The position numbers were made by a program, and so were the translations under genes. DNA of 64,000 nt, from assembly GCA_044227505.1 (NCBI GenBank), contig JBGAWP010000001.1, positions 26,731 through 90,730 of the forward strand, written 5' to 3'. The DNA comes from Chitinophagales bacterium (GTDB lineage Bacteria; Bacteroidota; Bacteroidia; Chitinophagales; BACL12). Positions 44,144 through 53,104 of this stretch are shown here, piece by piece. Below the pieces are notes generated by a model, which made no database searches, was not told the DNA's origin, and saw only the letters and a program-made list of their open reading frames with translations. Each line of letters begins with the position of its first letter. Position 1 is the stretch's first letter.

Positions 44144-45235
44144 TTATTTTACTTTTAAAAAGTTATTACACAAAATTAACCCATCTCTCTGACTTTCGAT
44201 ATATGTTTTCAACTCCGCATATCCTGTCTGTGCATATTTCAGGAAACCGGAACCCTGCGCATAAATACTGTTCAGGTTCAACTTTTGGGTAAGATAATAT
44301 CCGTCCAAAAAGTTTTTAACTCCACCGCTGATTATCACCTCTCTGCATTTCAGATCGTTCCCTAATGTTGCAGCGGCTTGGTTTACAAATGCAACCATCT
44401 CCTCTGCTGTATGTCCTATATACGCTAATTCATTAAACACAGATCCTTCGGCATTGTTCGAACGCAACATTTCCAATTTTGCAAAATTAGTGCCGCCATA
44501 TGCGCCAAAATCAAGAGCAGCAATAGGTAGCTGCAACAAAGCTTTCACACTTTCAGGTCCCATTCCCTGGCCTACTTCCTTCACAATAAGGGGAAAATCA
44601 ACCTCAAGTAGCAATTGTTGTAAGGTTTCCAAAGGTGATTTTGTAAAGTTATCGCCCTCAGGTTGTAACCATTCCTGAAATGGATTAATATGAACTATAA
44701 GTCCGTCAGCATCAAGCGATTGCACCATTTTTTTAATGGCATCTACCGTATTATCGGCGAGGTTATGTTCTATCTGCGCAATTCCAAGGTTGGCAAAAAA
44801 GGGCAGGTTCTTTCCAATGATGGGCCTTAAATTAAAATCATCAAAATACTTGTCATCGTTCAACAGACGCCTGCAGGAGCCCAAACCCATGCCCATTCCG
44901 AATTCATTACATGCTCTTGCTAAATTGCGATTTATCACCCCGGCTTGCTCCGTTCCACCCGTCATACTGCTTATCCAGATTGGGTTTGCGAGCTTTTTCC
45001 CTAAAAATTCTTTCTCTAATGAAACTGTGTGATGTCCGCTCAAAACGGGTTCGTAGTAAAACCTCATATCATTTTCAAGACTTCCCGTCTGACTCTTGAG
45101 TGCCAGTTCGATATGGTCTTGTTTGCGTTGTTCTGAAGTTGGATCGGACAAGTGGAACTTTATTGTTGGGTGCAAAGGTAAGAAAATGAGTAATGAGTTA
45201 TGAGTGATGAGATGATCCGAGAAGGCCGGGTGCAT
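44144..45235 (-). CDS. fni: Type 2 isopentenyl-diphosphate delta-isomerase (FMN-dependent)
   Basis: Motifs are RKQDHIELAL, SSMTGG, FANLG, VKEVGQGM and FGAYGGTNFA. The start is uncertain. The first approximately 17-20 codons are read out of the AATGAGT heptamer array, and an in-frame TTG lies at about 45175. Confidence 0.85.
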   Translation of the reverse strand: MHPAFSDHLITHNSLLIFLPLHPTIKFHLSDPTSEQRKQDHIELALKSQTGSLENDMRFYYEPVLSGHHTVSLEKEFLGKKLANPIWISSMTGGTEQAGVINRNLARACNEFGMGMGLGSCRRLLNDDKYFDDFNLRPIIGKNLPFFANLGIAQIEHNLADNTVDAIKKMVQSLDADGLIVHINPFQEWLQPEGDNFTKSPLETLQQLLLEVDFPLIVKEVGQGMGPESVKALLQLPIAALDFGAYGGTNFAKLEMLRSNNAEGSVFNELAYIGHTAEEMVAFVNQAAATLGNDLKCREVIISGGVKNFLDGYYLTQKLNLNSIYAQGSGFLKYAQTGYAELKTYIESQRDGLILCNNFLKVK

Positions 45236-45291
45236 TTACTCCTAACTTATGACTCGTGACTGGGTGAGTGGTGAGTAGTGAATAGTGAGCT
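45185..45291. repeat. Heptamer arrays at the 5' edge of fni (AATGAGT type and GTGAGTG type)
   Basis: AATGAGT AATGAGT TATGAGT GATGAGA lie at 45185-45212. GACTCGT GACTGG GTGAGTG GTGAGTA GTGAATA GTGAGCT lie at 45251-45291. Confidence 0.9.
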
Positions 45292-45477
45292 TACTCCGAG
45301 TTTGCGGAATAGTTTTACTCCGCCCGTACGCTGTGGTTTGGTGTTTTTCACCAACCACTGCTGGGCGAAGTGAGATTAATGGAGTATGGAGATTTAGCTA
45401 TTATTGAGTCATCCAATTTCTAAACAGATACTTTGTGCTTTCTTGAAGGACTAAAATTTTCATTCCACCTATTATCC

Positions 45478-45573
45478 CTCTCATTACTCAAAACTCATTT
45501 CTCATCCACAGACCCACCCACTCACCCTTTCCCTTCCCACTCACTCCTCACCACTCACCACTCCCCCCTCACC
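45478..45573. repeat. Heptamer-type arrays upstream of the M3 peptidase gene (ACTCATT and CACTCAC words)
   Basis: The sequence reads CTCTCATTACTCAAAACTCATTTCTCATCC ... CCCACTCACCCTTTCCCTTCCCACTCACTCCTCACCACTCACCACTCC. CTCACCACTCAC at 45547-45558 is the exact reverse complement of GTGAGTGGTGAG at 45264-45275. Confidence 0.9.
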
Positions 45574-45612
45574 ATGAATATCTTCTTAAATTTGCATCTT
45601 CAATAAAAAACC

Positions 45613-47310
45613 ATGCATTTTTCAGAATATAGTTATACGAGGCCTGATATTGATTCTTTGCGGGGGCGATTTTTAGAGTTGGTAAAAACATTTGAGGCGG
45701 CGGAAAATGCCGAAGTTCAAATGGATATAATGGATAAAATAAATCTGTTGCGTTCAGAATTTGATACGAGTTATCAGTTGTGTTCTATTCGTCATTCCAT
45801 TGATACAAGAGATGAATTTTACAACAAGGAGCAGGATTTTTTTGATGAGAATTTGCCGCAGTTTGAGGAGGTAACAAGTATTTATTATAAAGCATTAATA
45901 AATTCTAAATTTCGCAGTGAACTGGAAGAAAAATTCGGAAAACAATTATTTCGAATTGCAGATATGCAATTGCGTGTTTTTAAACCGGAGATAATTAATG
46001 ATCTCATTACCGAAAATAAATTAAGTACAGAATATCAGGAATTAATTGCAAGTGCACTTATCAATTTCGATGGTGCCGATAGAACTATTGCAGAGATGGT
46101 TCCTTATTTGCGCTCAACAGATAGAAATGTAAGGCAAGAAGCATCAACTGCACGATGGAATTTTTTTGTAGATAATGAAAATGCTTTCGACAGAATATTT
46201 GATGAATTGGTAAAAACGCGTCATCAAATAGCATTGGAATTGGGATTTAAAAATTTTGTAGAAGTAGGATATCTCCGCATGTTGCGAAGCGATTATACTG
46301 CTGATATGGTTGCGGGATTTCGCGAGCAGGTTTTACAACAAATTGTTCCCATGGCATCGGAATTAAAAAAAGAACAAGCAAAACGACTTAATCTAAACAC
46401 ATTAAAATATTACGACGAACCATTATTATTTAAAAGCGGAAATGCAGATCCAAAAGGTTCACCTGAATGGATAATTAATAACGGAAAAAAAATGTATTCA
46501 GAATTATCCTCTGAAACTAAAGAGTTTTTTAATTTCATGCTCGACCACGACCTCATGGATCTTGAGGCAAAAAAAGGTAAGGCCGGGGGTGGATATTGCA
46601 CTTATATTTCAGGATATAAATCGCCTTTTATTTTTTCAAATTTTAATGGAACGAGCGCAGATATTGATGTACTTACACATGAGGTGGGACATGCATTTCA
46701 GGTGTATATGAGTCGCGGGTTTGAAGTGCCGGAATATTATTGGCCAACAAGTGATGCTGCAGAAATTCACTCCATGAGCATGGAATATTTTGCATATCCC
46801 TGGATGGATGAATTTTTTAATGAAGATGCAGATAAATATCGTTATGCACATTTAGTGGAGTCGCTTTTATTTTTACCTTATGGTGTTGCAGTGGATGAAT
46901 TTCAACATCATATTTATGAAAAACCAAGTTTATCTCCTACCGAAAGAAAATCACTTTGGCGCAACATAGAAAAAAAATATCTTCCGCTAAAAGATTATGA
47001 TGATAATAATTATTTAAATGCCGGAGGATTCTGGCAAACACAGGCTCATATTTATCAATCGCCGTTTTATTATATCGATTATACCCTTGCACAAATGTGT
47101 GCATTTCAATTTTGGTTAAAAGCCAAAAAAGATAATGTTGCAGCATTACACGATTATGTTCAATTATGCAAAGCAGGCGGTAGCCGATCCTTTTTAGAAT
47201 TAGTAGAATACGCCAACCTTAGATCACCATTTGATGAAAATGTATTTTCGGATATTGTTGTTGCGTTGGATGGCTATTTGAAGGGGGTGGATGAAGAGAA
47301 ATTGGGATGA
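45613..47310 (+). CDS. M3 family oligoendopeptidase (PepF-like)
   Basis: The zinc motif HEVGHAFQ is followed by a downstream E (AAEIHSMSME). It has 565 aa and a PepF-like overall pattern. Confidence 0.8.
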   Translation: MHFSEYSYTRPDIDSLRGRFLELVKTFEAAENAEVQMDIMDKINLLRSEFDTSYQLCSIRHSIDTRDEFYNKEQDFFDENLPQFEEVTSIYYKALINSKFRSELEEKFGKQLFRIADMQLRVFKPEIINDLITENKLSTEYQELIASALINFDGADRTIAEMVPYLRSTDRNVRQEASTARWNFFVDNENAFDRIFDELVKTRHQIALELGFKNFVEVGYLRMLRSDYTADMVAGFREQVLQQIVPMASELKKEQAKRLNLNTLKYYDEPLLFKSGNADPKGSPEWIINNGKKMYSELSSETKEFFNFMLDHDLMDLEAKKGKAGGGYCTYISGYKSPFIFSNFNGTSADIDVLTHEVGHAFQVYMSRGFEVPEYYWPTSDAAEIHSMSMEYFAYPWMDEFFNEDADKYRYAHLVESLLFLPYGVAVDEFQHHIYEKPSLSPTERKSLWRNIEKKYLPLKDYDDNNYLNAGGFWQTQAHIYQSPFYYIDYTLAQMCAFQFWLKAKKDNVAALHDYVQLCKAGGSRSFLELVEYANLRSPFDENVFSDIVVALDGYLKGVDEEKLG

Positions 47311-47312
47311 AT

Positions 47313-47565
47313 GGGACGCGGGAATCGGGACACGGAAATCGGGAAAACAAAGGATGGAGAAAAAGAGGATCGCGGATGACGCTGATTTAGCGGATTTAAA
47401 AGGATAAATTTTTTTAATAATGCAGATTAATTATTAATTAGAATATAGAGTTTTCAATTTACGATAAGTACAGTCCGTCGCGGCGGACGAGCCATCTTTT
47501 AACAACGGACTTTAGCCCGTGGGTTAATAAAAAGAGGAACCTGACTAACGCGGTCAGCAGGCAGG
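47313..47565. repeat. Composite intergenic repeat block (GGGAATC heptamers, CGGATTT words, GTCC..GGAC hairpins, divergent CCTG..CAGG palindrome)
   Basis: GGGACGC GGGAATC GGGACAC GGAAATC GGGAAAA lie at 47313-47347. GATGACGCTGATTTAGCGGATTTAAAAGGATAAATTT lies at 47375-47411. The hairpin GTCCGTCGCGGCGGAC is followed by CATCTTTTAACAACGGACTTTAGCCCGTGGG at 47493-47523. CCTGACTAACGCGGTCAGCAGGCAGG lies at 47540-47565. Confidence 0.9.
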
Positions 47566-47782
47566 CGCTAAAGACGCAAATTTGGCGGATTTAAAAGGGT
47601 TTTTTTTGAATATTGAATTTTTAATAGCCTAGAAAATATTTGTCCTAGAATAAATTAAACCCCGGTAGGGGTGGCATTATTATAGAAAAGATGCAATTAA
47701 ATTAACCGTAAACCCCGTTAGGGGTGACATTATAACCCAACCTACAAAAAATGATATTTTAATAACTCAAATTGAATTTACG

Positions 47783-48517
47783 GTGAAATATAATTTTAAT
47801 AAATATCTAATACTGTTTTTGATCATTGGATTTTTTCCTGTGATTGTTGATGCGCAAACTAATTCGAGAGATTCATCGATATTAAAAGCTACAAGCATTG
47901 CCAAACGTGTTATTAGTGCAATGGGTGGCGAAGAAAATTTTGAGCAGACCAAATATATAGGCTGGACATTTTTTGGGAGTAGAAAATTAATTTGGGATAA
48001 GGAAAATGATAGGTTGAGGGTTGATTATCTTAAAAAGAAATTAACAATTATTACGTCTTTAAATTCTGATGAAACTAAATTATATATGGATGATATCGAA
48101 ATCACTAATACAGATTCCCTTATCAAATATAGTACAAGAGGAAAAAGAATTTGGGCAAACGATTCCTATTGGCTCCTGATGCCTTTTAAATTGTTGGATG
48201 AAGGGGTGAATTTAAAATTTGTAAAAGACACACTTTTAAATACTGTAAATACCTCCATCCTCGAAATGACCTTTGAAAATGTTGGTTTTACCCCTGAAAA
48301 TAAATATTGGATCTACGTTGATATGAATTCCTATTTAATAACCCAATGGGATTTCTACAATACCTATACTGACATAACACCCGAATTTTCCAATACCTGG
48401 GGCGACTACAAAAAATACGATAAATTACTGATCTCCGGTGACCGCGGCGTAGAAGGAAAATTGGAAAATATTTATGTGGTGGATGAAATGCCTTCAGCAA
48501 TATTTGAAACGAAATAA
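47783..48517 (+). CDS. Hypothetical secreted protein (244 aa)
   Basis: It has a GTG start and a signal peptide (KYLILFLIIGFFPVIVDAQ). I recognise no motif. Related repeat modules flank it on both sides. Confidence 0.5.
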   Translation: MKYNFNKYLILFLIIGFFPVIVDAQTNSRDSSILKATSIAKRVISAMGGEENFEQTKYIGWTFFGSRKLIWDKENDRLRVDYLKKKLTIITSLNSDETKLYMDDIEITNTDSLIKYSTRGKRIWANDSYWLLMPFKLLDEGVNLKFVKDTLLNTVNTSILEMTFENVGFTPENKYWIYVDMNSYLITQWDFYNTYTDITPEFSNTWGDYKKYDKLLISGDRGVEGKLENIYVVDEMPSAIFETK

Positions 48518-48605
48518 GATTTGGGATGAGGGTTTCGGTACAAGTGAAACAGGGGAACAAATAAATGAATAAAAAAGGGAACCCGCCAGTGGGCGAACAG
48601 GAGCT

Positions 48606-48978
48606 GATGACGCTGATTTGTCGGATTTAAAAGGATAAATTTAAAGGGGATATAATTAGAAATTTGAGATGAATTTTTCGGCTATAAATAATCAAAAAGT
48701 CCTGAAAGGACGGCACATCTTGTAACAACGGACTTTAGTCCGAGGTAACTAGTCCAAAATGTGACTCAGGACACAGGAAACAGGACAACTTTGACTCAAC
48801 TTGAAAATTTATAATGCCAAGTAAAATTTAAATTAGCATATAAAATTTTCAATCAAAAACGAACTCCCCTTTTTCAACCTTTCCCAACCCTTCCTTCCTT
48901 TTTTAACCTTAGAACCTTACCCTTCGAATCTTCTCCCTTCTCCCTTCGAATCTTCCATGACTTCTCCCTTCGAATCTT
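48606..48978. repeat. Composite intergenic repeat block (second copy of the 47375-47523 modules, CAGGACA heptamers, CCCTTCGAATCTT x3)
   Basis: GATGACGCTGATTTGTCGGATTTAAAAGGATAAATTT lies at 48606-48642. The hairpin GTCCTGAAAGGAC is followed by CATCTTGTAACAACGGACTTTAGTCCGAGGT at 48716-48746. CAGGACA CAGGAAA CAGGACA lie at 48767-48787. CCCTTCGAATCTT occurs at 48920, 48942 and 48966, and the last copy overlaps the response-regulator stop codon. Confidence 0.9.
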
Positions 48979-49687
48979 ATACTACAGCCTCCTCCTCCGT
49001 ATTCAACCTAAAACCATTCCCATGAATATTCACGATCTCCAATGTTGGATCTTCTTTTAAATATTTGCGGAGTTTGGTTACGAATACATCCATGCTGCGG
49101 GCTGTGAAATAATCATCCCTTCCCCAAATTTGTTTGAGAGCTTCTTCGCGATAAACGATGTCGTTTACTTTCATGCAGAATAAACGCAATAATTCTGCTT
49201 CCTTAGGTGAAAGTTTTGCATCGGAGCCATCTGTTTTGAGAAGGCGGGTTTTGTAATTAAAATGATATTTTCCTATCGTAAATTCTTTTTGCTGATTATT
49301 GGTGCGCAATTTTCCTCCGCGTTTTAAAATTGCGGCAATGCGATACAATAGTTCTTCGCTGTTAAATGGTTTGGTGATATAATCATCAGCACCCACTTTA
49401 AATCCTTCCAAAACATCTTCCTGTAATGTTTTTGCTGTTAGGAAAATTACAGGCATTTCCGGATTTATACGTTTAATTTGTGCAGCCAACGTGAAGCCAT
49501 CTTTTTTAGGCATCATTACATCCAGCACACATAAATTAAATTCTTCTTTGAAAAAAAGGTCCTCGCCTTTTTCGCCATCAGTAGCAAGGCGAACATCGTA
49601 GCCACTCATGCTTAAATAATCTTTTAAAACGGCTCCGAAATTCGGATCGTCTTCCACTAATAAAATTTTTGTTTTTAACTCTTCCAT
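48977..49687 (-). CDS. OmpR-family response regulator (receiver plus winged-helix domains)
   Basis: Receiver motifs are LVEDDPNF, VLDVMMPKKDGF and LTAK. The C-terminal trans_reg_C-like segment is LSPKEAELLRLF...FVTKLRKYL. Confidence 0.9.
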   Translation of the reverse strand: MEELKTKILLVEDDPNFGAVLKDYLSMSGYDVRLATDGEKGEDLFFKEEFNLCVLDVMMPKKDGFTLAAQIKRINPEMPVIFLTAKTLQEDVLEGFKVGADDYITKPFNSEELLYRIAAILKRGGKLRTNNQQKEFTIGKYHFNYKTRLLKTDGSDAKLSPKEAELLRLFCMKVNDIVYREEALKQIWGRDDYFTARSMDVFVTKLRKYLKEDPTLEIVNIHGNGFRLNTEEEAVV

Positions 49688-49696
49688 AAGTATAGA

Positions 49697-51313
49697 TTAT
49701 AAGGTTATAGGTAAATATATTTTAAATTGTGATCCTTTTTTGAGTTGACTTTTTACTTCAATTGTTCCGTTATGTCCTTCAATAATGGCTTTAACATAAG
49801 TTAAACCTAGTCCGAATCCTTTTATATTATGTACATTGCCTGTTGGCACACGATAAAATTTTTCAAATATCATTTTAATATTCTCCTGACTCATTCCGAT
49901 ACCCTTATCTTCAATAATAATATATATTCCCTTGTTATCATTTTGTGTTGATATTTTAATTTCGGGTTTTTCGGGGGAGTATTTATTGGCATTGTCCAGT
50001 AAGTTAAAAATCACATTCTGGAGATGCACTTCATCGCCTGTAAGTTCGTAATTTTCTGCGGCAAGTTCTGTCATAATATTGCCACCTTTTTCTTCCACCT
50101 GTAAACTTATATTCTCTACGGCGCGATAAATAATATCATGTATATCAATCTCATCCTTGCTTAAATTGATCTGATTTTTATCCAATAACGCCATCTGCAA
50201 AACCTTTTCCACCTGACTGTTCATGCGTTTATTCTCCTCCTTGATGATATGGGTATAATGTTTAATTTTATTCTCATCCCTCAGTATCATGGGATTATTT
50301 ACCGCATCAACTGCAAGCGAAATAGTGGCCAATGGGGTTTTAAACTCATGGGTCATATTGTTGATGAAATCGTTTTTTATTTCCGATAGTTTTTTCTGAC
50401 GGAATAATATTAAAACGGTATAATAAAATACTGCGATTATAATAGAGGTAAATAAAAGCGAGCCAATAAGCAGCGACCATATTGAACTGAGGATAAAACT
50501 TTTCTGATGCGGAAAATCCACTAATAAAACATCGTTGTTAAAAAACATGTCATCGGGAAATAAACTTACCTTATGTTCTGTTGCAACTAATTCTTTTACT
50601 TCCAGCTTTTCTTTGGTATTGGTGATAAAAAATTCATCATCCATTAAAACTCCAAAATTGAAATCGGTGGTAATACCATTATTTTTTAATTCGTGAAACA
50701 GTGTATTCTTTAAAAATACGGTATCAATAGTTTGCTCCGGTTTGATTCCGCGTTGTACCATCTGAAACATCATTTGTTCCATCGCTTTTTTTATGCGCTG
50801 CGAATTGATCTGAAGCTGTCTGTCAATATCTTTTAATATTTGCGTAATCAGATCATTGTTTGCAGAAGAAAAATCTCCACTGTATTCCAAGGGTTCTAAA
50901 ATCATTGTTGGTTTTTCTCCTCTTGCCTGGATTGGTGATAGTGCATCCTTATAAGGATCTGCCACGGCGATCTCAGCATTTTCGAAATATCCATTGTCGA
51001 TCCGGGAAGCTTTTATCATCCCTGTTAACATACTATCATTAACAATACCGTCATAAATACTGAGGGAGTCGTTTCCCGTGCGCCAATAGGTAGAATCTGA
51101 GAAAAATAAACTCATCTGGCTGCTCAGGACAGAGGCTGCTATATTGGTCTCCACCTTATCGGCAACCTTATTAAGGGCTTCGTTTACGTGATATCCAAAA
51201 ACCTGTTCCTTCTGAGTAATGGTATTTTGAATCCAGTATACCTGAACCAAAATGATCCCCAACAGTGCGGAACTCATTAAAATTACAATAAGCCAAATAC
51301 GGTTCTTTAACAT
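49697..51313 (-). CDS. Sensor histidine kinase
   Basis: It has two TM segments. The H-box is MTHEFKTPLATI, the N-box is LLDNANKYS, the G1 box is EDKGIGM and the G2 box is GFGLGLTYVK. Confidence 0.9.
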   Translation of the reverse strand: MLKNRIWLIVILMSSALLGIILVQVYWIQNTITQKEQVFGYHVNEALNKVADKVETNIAASVLSSQMSLFFSDSTYWRTGNDSLSIYDGIVNDSMLTGMIKASRIDNGYFENAEIAVADPYKDALSPIQARGEKPTMILEPLEYSGDFSSANNDLITQILKDIDRQLQINSQRIKKAMEQMMFQMVQRGIKPEQTIDTVFLKNTLFHELKNNGITTDFNFGVLMDDEFFITNTKEKLEVKELVATEHKVSLFPDDMFFNNDVLLVDFPHQKSFILSSIWSLLIGSLLFTSIIIAVFYYTVLILFRQKKLSEIKNDFINNMTHEFKTPLATISLAVDAVNNPMILRDENKIKHYTHIIKEENKRMNSQVEKVLQMALLDKNQINLSKDEIDIHDIIYRAVENISLQVEEKGGNIMTELAAENYELTGDEVHLQNVIFNLLDNANKYSPEKPEIKISTQNDNKGIYIIIEDKGIGMSQENIKMIFEKFYRVPTGNVHNIKGFGLGLTYVKAIIEGHNGTIEVKSQLKKGSQFKIYLPITL

Positions 51314-51486
51314 CTACTACAAATTTACATATGTTAAAATCGTGGAAACAGCGGTTTAACGCAACATTAACATCTTTTAATGGTCATTTAACTACTTTGA
51401 TTTAAGATAGATGCTAAATTTGTCATCCCAAGGTCATAACACACGATAATCAACGAAAAATACGCAATAAACCAATCTCGAAAATT

Positions 51487-52926
51487 ATGAAACAGTTCCT
51501 TTTAATTTTCACCTTTTTTACCCTGAGTACCATATCCTTTAGCCAAAATCCCGATAATGGCCAGATCCGAATTAAAATTGATGCCAATGTAGATGGCGAA
51601 AAGGTTAAGATAGATACCTCTATCGATGCACTCAGCGATTTTGATATCGATGGGTTTTTAAAGGAGTTGGGTCTGGATGAGGAATTAAGTCAACTCAATA
51701 TCGATATCAATACCGGATTTAATTTCGATTGGGATGAAGCAGCATTTGAAGAAATGATGGAAGGATTACAAAATATTGAAATGCCTGAAATTCCTGAATT
51801 GCCAAATTTAGCCCATTTGCAGGAACTGGAGATCTTGTCAGCAAATAAAGCAATTCTCGGTGTATATACGGATAAAGTTCCGGAGGGAGCTAAAATTACA
51901 GGGCTTGTTGATGAAAGTGGAGCCGTTGAAGCAGGTTTGAAGGAAGGTGATATTATTACGGCAATTGATGCAAAAACAATTGAATCTCCCAATAATTTGA
52001 GTGAGGTTATAGGCATGTATGAAGCAGGTGTTACAGTTAAGGTTACCTATATAAGGGACGGAAAAACAGCTTCGGTAAATGCAGTTTTAAAAGAAAATAA
52101 AAATGATTTTGGCAGTTGGTCGGGTATGGAAGGGTTCTCAGATAGTTTTAATTTAAATTGGGATAACGATCTCGATAAATTAATGGAAATAAATAAACCA
52201 ACACGAGGATATTTAGGTGTTTATTTACAGGATGAGGAAGGGATGGTAAAAGTTTCAGGAGTGGAAGGCAATTCTGCAGCTCAAGAAGCACGTTTAAAGG
52301 AAGGAGATGTAATTACTGAATTAAATGGTAAAAAAATAATTACCTACGACGATGTTATGGAGTTTATGGAAACAACAACTCCGGGAGAAAAAATTAAAAT
52401 ATCCTACGAACGCGAAGGCAAAAAAAATTCGACCGAAGCAACTTTGAAAGAAGTAAAAGGAATGAATTTTTATTTTAAAGATAAGGAGGAAGGTTATGTG
52501 CCAAATATTATTATTGATCGTGTAGCACCATGTCCACCGGGCAGTGCTTACAGCTATAATTCAGGTGACGGAAAAAGAAATATAAATATCTGCATCACTG
52601 CAATTAAAAATTCAGATGAAAAAGCTCCGGCACCTAACGGAAATTCATCCGACCTCAGTCATCCATTGCTTGATCAAAATAGTGTAAGTATTTATTCTAA
52701 TCCCAGTGCAGGTACTTTTAATGTAAAATTTAATTTACCGGAAACCGGAGACACAAAAATTGTGATCACCGATATAAATGGAAAAGAGGTTTATACAGAA
52801 ACTTTACCTAATTTTTCAGGTGCCTACGATAAGACAGTGGCATTGACCACCGAACCAAAAGGAACTTATTTTGTTAAGGTTACTCAAAATGGATACTCCA
52901 ATACTAAAACAGTAGTGTTGCAATAA
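51487..52926 (+). CDS. Secreted protein with two PDZ domains and a T9SS type A CTD
   Basis: It has a signal peptide. PDZ motifs are GLKEGDIITAIDAKTI and RLKEGDVITELNGKKI. The C-terminal tail is VSIYSNPSAGTFNVKFNLP...GTYFVKVTQNGYSNTKTVVLQ. Confidence 0.75.
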   Translation: MKQFLLIFTFFTLSTISFSQNPDNGQIRIKIDANVDGEKVKIDTSIDALSDFDIDGFLKELGLDEELSQLNIDINTGFNFDWDEAAFEEMMEGLQNIEMPEIPELPNLAHLQELEILSANKAILGVYTDKVPEGAKITGLVDESGAVEAGLKEGDIITAIDAKTIESPNNLSEVIGMYEAGVTVKVTYIRDGKTASVNAVLKENKNDFGSWSGMEGFSDSFNLNWDNDLDKLMEINKPTRGYLGVYLQDEEGMVKVSGVEGNSAAQEARLKEGDVITELNGKKIITYDDVMEFMETTTPGEKIKISYEREGKKNSTEATLKEVKGMNFYFKDKEEGYVPNIIIDRVAPCPPGSAYSYNSGDGKRNINICITAIKNSDEKAPAPNGNSSDLSHPLLDQNSVSIYSNPSAGTFNVKFNLPETGDTKIVITDINGKEVYTETLPNFSGAYDKTVALTTEPKGTYFVKVTQNGYSNTKTVVLQ

Positions 52927-52951
52927 TTGAAATAATTAAAATTTTTTAATT

Positions 52952-52979
52952 GGCCGGATTTACTCCGGCCTTTTTTTTT
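52952..52979 (+). terminator. Rho-independent terminator after the PDZ protein gene
   Basis: GGCCGGA (52952-52958) pairs with TCCGGCC (52964-52970) around a 5-nt loop. A T9 run follows. Confidence 0.75.
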
Positions 52980-53104
52980 GATTTTTTTTAAAAATATTTG
53001 TTGTTACATTTTCACTACCCTCAGTACAAACAATATCCCTGTGAATATCAGCTAAGCATGCATTCATAATTTCTTTACATTCGCATCAACTAAACCCTAA
53101 ACCT

